Virus record (IMG/VR): IMGVR_UViG_3300048502_000088
Span: 62,001 to 96,486 of that record
Source: an uncultured virus (IMG/VR IMGVR_UViG_3300048502_000088)
Taxonomy: Duplodnaviria; Heunggongvirae; Uroviricota; Caudoviricetes
Length of the DNA: 34,486 bases
Reading direction: 5' to 3' (one strand)
A program made the translations under genes and the position numbers. Below the pieces are notes generated by a model. It searched no databases. It was not told where the DNA came from and saw nothing but the letters and a program-made list of their open reading frames with translations. This document shows positions 27,475-34,486 of the stretch, in pieces. The stretch's first letter is position 1. Each line of letters starts with the position of its first letter.

Positions 27475-27912
27475 TTATATTTCCAGAAGCTTTTCGAGCA
27501 TTTGCGTAGCCATCGAGTCCGGCGTGGTGGGGATCATCCCCCACTGAAACCTCGCGTCCCCCGTCTCCGTAACGGTCACTTCCCACCCCAGCTGAGGCTC
27601 TTGGCGGCAGTCCCATGTCACCTTGCCTCTGCCAGTGTCAAAGGCCACGTGCAGCGTAGCGCCATCATCAACGACACTACGCAGGACAAGATCATTAGGC
27701 CGTTCGTCCTGAATCGCAATTATGTCGGCTCCGTTGGATTTTTGTTTTAGTTCTGAGATGTGCGCCCTGATTCGGTCCTTCAATTCTGTCCATAGCGGCA
27801 GTCCGTTGGCGCTCTTGATTCTTTGTTCTTCAACGAACCTGGCGGTGTCGAGCCTCTTGTCCTCCCGCTTCTGGTTTAGTTTTCGTATGGCATCATCAGA
27901 CCAATCGGCCAT
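27475..27912 (-). CDS. Hypothetical protein
   Basis: GGAGG RBS before ATG 27912. Confidence 0.6.
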   Translation of the reverse strand: MADWSDDAIRKLNQKREDKRLDTARFVEEQRIKSANGLPLWTELKDRIRAHISELKQKSNGADIIAIQDERPNDLVLRSVVDDGATLHVAFDTGRGKVTWDCRQEPQLGWEVTVTETGDARFQWGMIPTTPDSMATQMLEKLLEI

Positions 27913-27952
27913 GGCAACCCCTCCCGCTGTACGTTCGTACCCGATCTTGAGT

Positions 27953-28162
27953 TTAATTGCGAAGTCGAGGTGCATCTAGATTGGGGTCGTCGGCGTCCGT
28001 TTTGGGGCGGGGCGCGCCCGCTTCTTTTCGGCGAAGTTTCTTTAGCTGCGCTTCGTCCTTCAGGAGTGCCGATTTCGGAACCGCCAGAACCATCCGAACG
28101 GCATTATCGAAGCGCTCCCATTCCGTATTGCCCGGAACGTTTGGTGCGGGGTGTGGTTTCAT
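27953..28162 (-). CDS. Small basic protein, paralog of 31771..31959
   Basis: ERFDNAVRMVLAVPKSALLKDE aligns with EKFDRAIRASLSVSKEAVLKEE. Confidence 0.6.
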   Translation of the reverse strand: MKPHPAPNVPGNTEWERFDNAVRMVLAVPKSALLKDEAQLKKLRRKEAGAPRPKTDADDPNLDAPRLRN

Positions 28163-28591
28163 GCTGGGTACATCATACCGCTTTTCTACTTGTCCAGAGA
28201 TCGCCAGTCCGTAACGTGGCCAAGGTTGTTTAGCGAGCTGCACGTAGAGGCGCTGAATGATCCTCCGCCGTCAGATTTCGCTCAGCAACTATGATTCTGA
28301 TGGGGCATTGGAGTGCAGTGCTCCAACCCGATGCGGCATATTACATTTCCATCGGAATAGGCGCCGACGGTCCACGGTCCTTCTGTGCGACGGCTTGCGA
28401 GCGCAACGCTCTGTGTGTTTATGGATTCTGTTTCCACGCGCAATCCTCCTGTGTTCAAATGAGATTGAGCGAAGAAAGCAGAACGCCAGCATAGCTTCCG
28501 GCTTCGACGGTGTACCAGACCGAAGACTCCTAAACGGCTATGGACAGGGTACGTGTACCCGATGCCAGTATAACAAACTGGCCGGGAGCAT

Positions 28592-29422
28592 ATGACACCA
28601 GCCGTTCCGCTCAGTGAAATCGGGAGATGTACCGGGCGCTTTTACCTGGACGAAGCGCGCCCGCTAATTGCCATGCGATGCTATTTCGACGGTAGCGAAG
28701 GCAGCGACGACGGCGGAGCAAAATGGCTCACGCTCGCTGGGTATATCGCTAGCGACGGCTTCTGGGGAAGATTTCAGGGGAAGTGGGAAACAATGCTCAA
28801 GGAGCGCTACCCAATCGCCCCGTATATCCACATGAATCCACTCGTCATGCACGAAGATCCGTTTGAACGGGTGGTCGGCTGGACAAACGGCAAGATGACC
28901 GAATTGGTAACCGACGCCATCATGGTCCTTAACGGACTGGACAAGGAGGAGTTCTGTTCATTTGCGTGCAGTATAGACCTGAACGCACATAAGCGGCTGA
29001 TTGCTGAGGGCGTGAAAATGCCATCAGAGCCGATTGAGATTCTGACACACGCATGCGTGTTGGGTGCCTTTACCTGGTACTTTAGGAACCGACCCGGAAA
29101 GATGGAGATGGCTTATATTTTCTTCGATCAGGGAGAGCCATTCCTTGAAATTATTCGCAAGATATGGATGGGAAAAAGCGCTCCGGGACGGGTTACAGTG
29201 GAGCCAATATGGGGGCTGATCGCTGGTGTTCAGCCTATGGACATGCGCAATACCCCACCAATCCAAGCTGCCGACATGCTGGCATGGGCGCGGACACGTA
29301 GCCTGTCCTCAAAGAAGCGTTTATATCAGCACTTGGACAAAATAATAAGCACGGTCATCCCCCAAGACAGCGTGCGGCTCGGAGAGGAAAAAATGCGGGA
29401 ACTGGCAAAAGTAAACGCCTAG
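28592..29422 (+). CDS. DUF3800-like protein
   Basis: YFDGS...LAGY...W..F...W...HM...FFDQG...IQAADMLAW. Confidence 0.7.
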   Translation: MTPAVPLSEIGRCTGRFYLDEARPLIAMRCYFDGSEGSDDGGAKWLTLAGYIASDGFWGRFQGKWETMLKERYPIAPYIHMNPLVMHEDPFERVVGWTNGKMTELVTDAIMVLNGLDKEEFCSFACSIDLNAHKRLIAEGVKMPSEPIEILTHACVLGAFTWYFRNRPGKMEMAYIFFDQGEPFLEIIRKIWMGKSAPGRVTVEPIWGLIAGVQPMDMRNTPPIQAADMLAWARTRSLSSKKRLYQHLDKIISTVIPQDSVRLGEEKMRELAKVNA

Positions 29423-29474
29423 TTAGGGTAATTATATACTTGCCTAAAGTTAACGAAACCCCTATAATTAAAGT

Positions 29475-30428
29475 ATGGAACGTGAGCCAACCAGCCTTCA
29501 GGAAGCCATTCTATACTTTGCTGATCCGACAAACTGCCGAGACTATTTGGTGAAGCGCCGCTGGCCGGATGGCGTGGTTAAATGCCCGACGTGCGGCTGC
29601 GATCAAGTAAAGTTCCTGGCGAACCAGAACCGCTGGTGGTGCCCGAACGAACACTCCCAACGGCAGTTCAGCCTGAAGACTGGCACGATCTACGAAGAAT
29701 CGCCCCTCGGTCTGGACAAGTGGCTCACAGCAACCTGGCTGATTACGAACTGCAAAAACGGCGTGTCGTCATGCGAGATCGCGCGGGCGCTGAACATCAC
29801 GCAGAAAACGGCATGGTTCCTGGATCATCGCATTCGGCTATCGTTCGGTCTGGCGAGTCCCGACAAGTTCACCGGGCATTGTGAGGCGGACGAAACTTTC
29901 ATCGGGCAGAAGTCGCGCAACATGCACCGCGACGTTCGCGCCCGCAAGATCACCGGAACGGGCGGCAAGGATAAAACCGCCGTCATGGGCATTCTGGAAC
30001 GTGGCAAGGACGGCAAGCCAAGCCAGATGCGAACGACCGTGATTCCGAACCGCAAGAAGAAAGCCCTACAGGCTGAAGTCCGCAAGCACGTTGAGGCCGG
30101 ATCGGCGCTGTACACTGACGCGCTCCAGTCCTACACCGGACTGACTGAGTTTCAGCACGGCGTTGTGGACCATGCCGTGAAGTATGTCGATGGGAAAATT
30201 CACACGAACGGCTGCGAAAACTTCTGGAGTCTGACCAAACGGATGCTGAACGGTACGTATGTTTCCGTGGAGCCTTTCCACTTGTTTCGCTACTTGGATG
30301 AGCAGAGCTACCGGTTCAACAATCGGAAGATGACGGACGCGGAGCGGTTCGACTTGGCCGTGCGTGGGATCGTTGGTAAGCGGATCATGTACGATCAGTT
30401 GACCGGGAAGATGGACGCGACGGCATGA
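29475..30428 (+). CDS. IS1595-family transposase
   Basis: RWPDG..CP.CG Zn ribbon, EADET, TD, HTN..ENFW, YLDE..YRFN; TTGCCT-N17-TATAAT promoter overlapping the left TIR. Confidence 0.95.
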   Translation: MEREPTSLQEAILYFADPTNCRDYLVKRRWPDGVVKCPTCGCDQVKFLANQNRWWCPNEHSQRQFSLKTGTIYEESPLGLDKWLTATWLITNCKNGVSSCEIARALNITQKTAWFLDHRIRLSFGLASPDKFTGHCEADETFIGQKSRNMHRDVRARKITGTGGKDKTAVMGILERGKDGKPSQMRTTVIPNRKKKALQAEVRKHVEAGSALYTDALQSYTGLTEFQHGVVDHAVKYVDGKIHTNGCENFWSLTKRMLNGTYVSVEPFHLFRYLDEQSYRFNNRKMTDAERFDLAVRGIVGKRIMYDQLTGKMDATA

Positions 30429-30480
30429 ACTCTGCCATATCGTAAACCTTCACGCGGGAAGCGCCGCCCACGGTAAGCAC

Positions 30481-31440
30481 CTAGCCGATTTTTTGACGCA
30501 GCCAGTCAAATGCAGATTGCCGTTCAGTTATGTTCGGTTCGGAGAATAACCCCATTGCATCGTCTCGTTGGATCGCCAGTATCCTGCGACCAATGAACTC
30601 TGCAATTGGCGGCGCTACCGCGTTGCCAATGAGTCGCCCGCGTCTACCGTCCAACCGGGCGGGAATCCCATCAGTTTCTCGCACTCGGTCCAGGTCAAGT
30701 TTCTGGCCACATAATATTGGTCTGTCAGAGTGACCGCCCTGATGCTTTCCAGTTTGGGCGCGTATCGTGGGGCAGATGCCTTTTGCCGAGGTGTACCCAA
30801 AGCCTCCGCGACGCTGAACCAAAAGCGGAGCGTCTGAGATAAACTCTCCATGAACGCGGGGTCTAGTGTCCGTTCGGCCCTCTCCTCTCGCCGGAGTATC
30901 CCTAAGCAATTTGCTGGGCTCAGAATAGAACCGATGGGAAAGCGCCGATCTATAAGATCCGACAAGAAATACTCTTTCGCGATTGTGGGGAAGGCCCGCG
31001 CTGAGAGTGTTACACGCAAACCATACGCCCATATACCCGATCTTTTCAAGTTCGTCGATAACTGACTCAAAGGCGGACCCCCCGTCTGAACTGAGGAGGC
31101 CCGCGACATTCTCCAGGACAATCCATGATGGCTGAACTTTTCCAGCAAGTTCCGCAAACCTGAAAAACAGTCCGCTTCTGGCTCCGTGGATTCCTTTGCG
31201 TTTAGAATTTCCATGGCTGACGTCTTGACACGGCCAGCCGGCCGCCCAGACTTCAGCTTGGGGGATGTCTTTCGCTTTGAGCGTGGTGATATCGTCATGA
31301 AGTGGAACCTCCGGCCAGTGCCGCTTTAGAATTCGTTGACAATGGGGATCGATCTCGCAGTGGAATGCTGGCTTCATGCCAGCCCACTGAAAACCAAGAT
31401 CAAAACCGCCTATTCCGGCAAAAAATGATGCGAAGCGCAT
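30481..31440 (-). CDS. C5 cytosine methyltransferase, alpha polypeptide (motifs I-VIII and X)
   Basis: FAGIGG, GWPCQ, ENV, R.RVF, GNAV; no canonical motif IX in this frame. Confidence 0.92.
   Translation of the reverse strand: MRFASFFAGIGGFDLGFQWAGMKPAFHCEIDPHCQRILKRHWPEVPLHDDITTLKAKDIPQAEVWAAGWPCQDVSHGNSKRKGIHGARSGLFFRFAELAGKVQPSWIVLENVAGLLSSDGGSAFESVIDELEKIGYMGVWFACNTLSAGLPHNRERVFLVGSYRSALSHRFYSEPSKLLRDTPARGEGRTDTRPRVHGEFISDAPLLVQRRGGFGYTSAKGICPTIRAQTGKHQGGHSDRPILCGQKLDLDRVRETDGIPARLDGRRGRLIGNAVAPPIAEFIGRRILAIQRDDAMGLFSEPNITERQSAFDWLRQKIG
30615..31298 (-). CDS. Nested alternative-frame methyltransferase beta polypeptide carrying motif IX
   Basis: 227-codon ORF wholly within the alpha gene ending RNLTWTECEKLMGFPPGWT; start uncertain (31298 or 31214). 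Confidence 0.75.
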   Translation of the reverse strand: MTISPRSKRKTSPKLKSGRPAGRVKTSAMEILNAKESTEPEADCFSGLRNLLEKFSHHGLSWRMSRASSVQTGGPPLSQLSTNLKRSGIWAYGLRVTLSARAFPTIAKEYFLSDLIDRRFPIGSILSPANCLGILRREERAERTLDPAFMESLSQTLRFWFSVAEALGTPRQKASAPRYAPKLESIRAVTLTDQYYVARNLTWTECEKLMGFPPGWTVDAGDSLATR

Positions 31441-31462
31441 TATAGGACCCCCGCACATGTTC

Positions 31463-31645
31463 TCATGGCGTCGGCAGTACCCCCGCTGCCCGAAGTGCCA
31501 ACTGACGAAGCCACGCTGACAATTCTAAACCGTCTCTGGCGGCCGCTTTCAGGAGAGCATCTTTCTGCTGCGCTGGAATGCGCATGCGAACGACGGCATC
31601 CTTTAGCGCTTTTGGGCGCTGTTTTTTCCGTTGCGCCTTCTCCAT
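31463..31645 (-). CDS. Ribbon-helix-helix regulator upstream of methylase
   Basis: VRMRIPAQQKDALLKAAARDGLELSAWLR. Confidence 0.7.
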   Translation of the reverse strand: MEKAQRKKQRPKALKDAVVRMRIPAQQKDALLKAAARDGLELSAWLRQLALRAAGVLPTP

Positions 31646-31653
31646 TAGAATAC

Positions 31654-31682
31654 ATTGTAGCCACATTGATACCCCACGTCAA
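31654..31682 (-). promoter_or_regulatory. Sigma70-like promoter for the RHH-methylase operon
   Basis: TTGACG-N17-TACAAT, overlapped by CAATGT direct repeats. Confidence 0.65.
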
Positions 31683-31770
31683 TATCACTGGATTATGTTT
31701 TTATCGATCCATGCCCTTCCATAGAGACATCGGCTGAACGGGGAAAATTCTACAGGGCTATACTTGTTAC

Positions 31771-31959
31771 ATGAATACCCAGCCGACACAGGCCGAAACT
31801 ATCGCGGCGCTATCGCTCCGCTGTGACGACCCGGACCAAGCTGAGAAGTTCGACCGTGCTATCCGTGCATCGCTGAGCGTTTCGAAGGAAGCCGTGCTGA
31901 AGGAAGAGACGCGACAGAAACGGCTCCGGGCGAAGCGGCGAACCAGAAAGCTCGCCTGA
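31771..31959 (+). CDS. Small basic IS passenger protein
   Basis: TATACT -10 just upstream; paralog at 27953..28162. Confidence 0.6.
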   Translation: MNTQPTQAETIAALSLRCDDPDQAEKFDRAIRASLSVSKEAVLKEETRQKRLRAKRRTRKLA

Positions 31960-32237
31960 ATCGACCGGCCCTGTCACGTCACCACCACTGTAGCAGTTAC
32001 TTTAGCCAACTATATAATTACCCTAGTTAGCGGGGTTACCGCGCCGTGGAGGCGGTAACCGTGGCGGGGCGAGCGGGGCGGGTAACCACCCCCTGCAAGC
32101 GGAGATGTTTTGTCAGCGGACGTCAGCTGGACGCTGGAGGGGCTGAGTTGACTGGGTTACAGGCGGGGAGCGCTCGTTCGCTGGACGTTCGAACTACCGT
32201 AAAAACTACCATAAAAGTTTTATATACATAAATACCC

Positions 32238-32266
32238 TTGACAAAAGCGGGGTAACAAAGTATCAT
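32238..32266 (+). promoter_or_regulatory. Sigma70-like promoter just inside left end
   Basis: TTGACA-N17-TATCAT. Confidence 0.7.
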
Positions 32267-32305
32267 TGAAGAGTAGTAGGGAACTAGGAAACGAAAGGAT
32301 ACGAG

Positions 32306-32638
32306 ATGATTATCACGATGATGAAACGAAACGACATGATCGAAGTAACCACCGATCAGTTCGACCCGAAGAAGAAAGTCTTTAACTTCGCCAATATGGC
32401 GCTCGCGACCGAGTTTGTTCGCAAAGCTTGCGCGGCGCGCATCCGGGAACGCATCTGTCTCGAAGATTACACAGTCGATCCACCCCGGATGATGCACTAC
32501 GAAAAAGGCATCCCCGGCCATTCCTTCGCCACTTGGTGTGACGCGGATGGCGTCGGCCACGACTGGAAGTTCAAGAAACTGACCGAAGCTGAAACCGCCC
32601 GATTTTCAGACCTTCTCGTTTCGGGGGTGGCACAGTGA
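32306..32638 (+). CDS. Hypothetical protein
   Basis: AAGGA RBS; first gene after promoter. Confidence 0.6.
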   Translation: MIITMMKRNDMIEVTTDQFDPKKKVFNFANMALATEFVRKACAARIRERICLEDYTVDPPRMMHYEKGIPGHSFATWCDADGVGHDWKFKKLTEAETARFSDLLVSGVAQ

Positions 32639-32669
32639 CATACCGCCCGCTCCAAGACGGAGGAAAGCA

Positions 32670-33131
32670 ATGAAAATCGTAAACCTTACCCCGCACGCCC
32701 TGCACATCCGCAGGGTTGACGGGACCGATATCACCATTGAGCCTTCGGGTATCGTCCCGAGGCTTGAAGTCAGCCGCGCTGAATGCGCTCCGGTGACCTG
32801 TGAAGACGGCGTTGAGATCGCCGTTTCCCGCGCGACGTTTGGCGCACTGATTGGGATGCCGCCTGTGTCTCGGTCCTGCACCGCGTGCTCGATCAGCGAG
32901 GCCGAAGCGCGGGACGGTAGACTCCCGCGCGATATCGCCTGTGAGGACGGCTATGCGCATCGGTTCGTAACCGATACAGCCTTTGTGGTTTCGGCGCTGT
33001 GCGCTCAATCGCCAGAACTGTCCGGGCGTTCCGATGTGTACACGCCCGGCGAAGCGCTCCGCGATAGCGCTGGAAAAATCATCGGCGCTACCGGACTTTC
33101 GCGCATTAACCCGCTGGCAGGTACGCGATGA
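32670..33131 (+). CDS. Phage-type hypothetical protein
   Basis: IVNLTPH...I.PSG.V.R...VVS...R.DV.TPG...RD..G.IIG; GGAGG RBS. Confidence 0.7.
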   Translation: MKIVNLTPHALHIRRVDGTDITIEPSGIVPRLEVSRAECAPVTCEDGVEIAVSRATFGALIGMPPVSRSCTACSISEAEARDGRLPRDIACEDGYAHRFVTDTAFVVSALCAQSPELSGRSDVYTPGEALRDSAGKIIGATGLSRINPLAGTR

Positions 33132-33337
33132 AGCCACTACTGAGCGGAATGCCTGAACCCGAAACGCCGGTATACCAGGCCAGCACGATGGACTGGACGC
33201 CGGAACAGCGCCGCGCGTGGCTTGTCAATCGCGATGCCGAAGCGTCCGCGCGAATACGCGCCGGTAACCGGCAAAAGGATTCCGATGTGGACGCGCCTGG
33301 TTTGGATCGCGCGTGCGAACTGGACGGAATGTACTAA
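33128..33337 (+). CDS. Hypothetical protein
   Basis: ATGA and TAATG overlaps with both neighbours. Confidence 0.55.
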   Translation: MKPLLSGMPEPETPVYQASTMDWTPEQRRAWLVNRDAEASARIRAGNRQKDSDVDAPGLDRACELDGMY

Positions 33338-34269
33338 TGTCCCGCTCCACCATTTCCACCTTTCAACTCTTCGAGCGGTTCCCCGATCAGGAAGCCGCTC
33401 GAATCTACCTCGAAGGCCGCCTGTGGCCCTCCGGTCCTACCTGTCCGCAGTGTCACTCCAGAGATCGCGTGACGGCGCGTCCGAAGGGTTCTTATCGTTG
33501 CGGCGCGTGCAACAAGTTCACGTTCACGGTGAGAGATGGCACGATCTTTGGAGCATCAAAGATTCCCCTCCACAAGTGGGTTTACGCCATGTACTTGCTA
33601 GTGACGGCGCGTAAGGGGATTTCTTCGCTTCAACTGGCGAAGGAAATCGGGATCACCCAGAAGTCCGCATGGTTCATGCTGCAACGCTTACGCGAAGCCT
33701 GTTCGACCCCCGACAACATCGACAAGCTCCGGGGGATCATCGAAATCGACGAGACGTTCGTGGGCGGCAAAGAGAAGAATAAGCATGAGCATAAAAAGCT
33801 CAAAGCCGGGCGCGGATCGGTAGGCAAAACCGCTGTGCTCGGGATGCGCGAACGCGGTAACGCTGGCCGGACCCGCGCGATGGTTGTAGACTCCACAGAC
33901 GCAGGGACGGTCCAGAACGAAATTCACGGCATGGTCGAAGCCGGATCGCAACTCTACACGGACGAGTTCGGCGCGTACACCGACCTCGACGGCCTGTTCT
34001 TTTCGCACGACACCTGCAACCACAGCGCGGGCGAATGGGTCAAGGGCGCGGCGCACACGAACAGCATCGAGAGCGTTTGGGCCGTGCTCAAGCGTGGTCT
34101 GCACGGTGTCTATCACCACGCCTCGCCGAAGCACCTGCACCGCTACGTGGACGAGTTCACCTGGCGACTGAACGAGGGTAACGTCATCGTCCACACCTTG
34201 CGCCGCCTGGACTCGTTTGTTGACGCTGTAGCGGGCAAGCGTATCACCTACAAAGAGGTGATCGCGTGA
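33337..34269 (+). CDS. IS1595-family transposase
   Basis: CPQC...C..C Zn ribbon, EIDET, TDE, HTNSIESVW, YVDEF.WR.N; ATG overlaps upstream TAA. Confidence 0.95.
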   Translation: MSRSTISTFQLFERFPDQEAARIYLEGRLWPSGPTCPQCHSRDRVTARPKGSYRCGACNKFTFTVRDGTIFGASKIPLHKWVYAMYLLVTARKGISSLQLAKEIGITQKSAWFMLQRLREACSTPDNIDKLRGIIEIDETFVGGKEKNKHEHKKLKAGRGSVGKTAVLGMRERGNAGRTRAMVVDSTDAGTVQNEIHGMVEAGSQLYTDEFGAYTDLDGLFFSHDTCNHSAGEWVKGAAHTNSIESVWAVLKRGLHGVYHHASPKHLHRYVDEFTWRLNEGNVIVHTLRRLDSFVDAVAGKRITYKEVIA

Positions 34270-34394
34270 CGCCAAAGACCCCGCCGGAACTGGACGCAAT
34301 TGCGGATGTGGTGCTCAACTATAAGCCGAAACCGAAGACCAAAGCCCAGCGCAAACGCGCGCGAAAGGCTAAGAAAAATGCGAAGGCGGGGTAG
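34266..34394 (+). CDS. 42-aa basic protein at the IS right end
   Basis: GTGA overlap; MTPKTPPELDAIADVVLNYKPKPK...; stop lies inside the TIR. Confidence 0.5.
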   Translation: MTPKTPPELDAIADVVLNYKPKPKTKAQRKRARKAKKNAKAG

Positions 34395-34486
34395 TAATGT
34401 ATATAATTCCCAAAAGTTTCCTTGACAATTATGGTAGTTTTATGATTATAATTGTATTGTCACTTGGAGGTGACGAAGATGGTTAA

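Larger units (their letters stand above)
29427..32022 (+). mobile_element. Complete IS1595-family element with passenger genes (2596 bp)
   Basis: 24-bp TIRs (29427-29450 and 31999-32022, 22/24 match); 8-bp TSD CTAGTTAG (29419-29426, 32023-32030). Confidence 0.92.
32220..34410 (+). mobile_element. Second IS1595-family element with truncated left TIR and passenger genes
   Basis: Right TIR reverse complement GGAATTATATACATTACTACCC; left TTATATACATAAATACCC (16/18, terminal GGAA missing); flanks TAAAAGTT and CAAAAGTT. Confidence 0.72.

Noticed and set aside
29427..34410. Composite transposon bounded by the two transposases
   Set aside because: Transposases are divergent and each element has its own TIRs and target duplication
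34422..34452. Canonical sigma70 promoter TTGACA...TATAAT
   Set aside because: Spacer is 19 bp; plausible but not called as a standard promoter

Overview
A ~34.5 kb GC-rich segment of a tailed (Caudoviricetes-type) phage or prophage; the host cannot be determined from the sequence. Left arm (mostly minus strand) is the head/packaging module: the N-terminus of a probable major capsid protein, a prohead protease/scaffold, a 1013-aa portal + 2H-phosphoesterase (Acb1-like) + MuF fusion, a J-domain protein, and a terminase large subunit with a mini-intein in its P-loop. An antisense HTH/HslV-like insert sits inside this module, and accessory genes follow (queD, DUF1003-like, C5 methyltransferase). 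A ~50-copy heptamer array between divergent sigma70-like promoters opens a plus-strand tract of small genes. These are separated by shuffled repeat modules and end in a serine recombinase. Next come a split TerS-like gene, a repeat/AT-rich ori- or pac-like region, and a candidate anti-Shine-Dalgarno sRNA complementary to conserved RBS hairpins. Two IS1595-family elements carry passenger genes: one is complete (24-bp TIRs, 8-bp TSD) with a two-frame M.EcoHK31I-like methyltransferase, the other has a damaged left end. Several exact 15-36 bp copies link unrelated loci, and four frameshifts suggest decay or read errors. Family assignments are by motif recognition, not database search.
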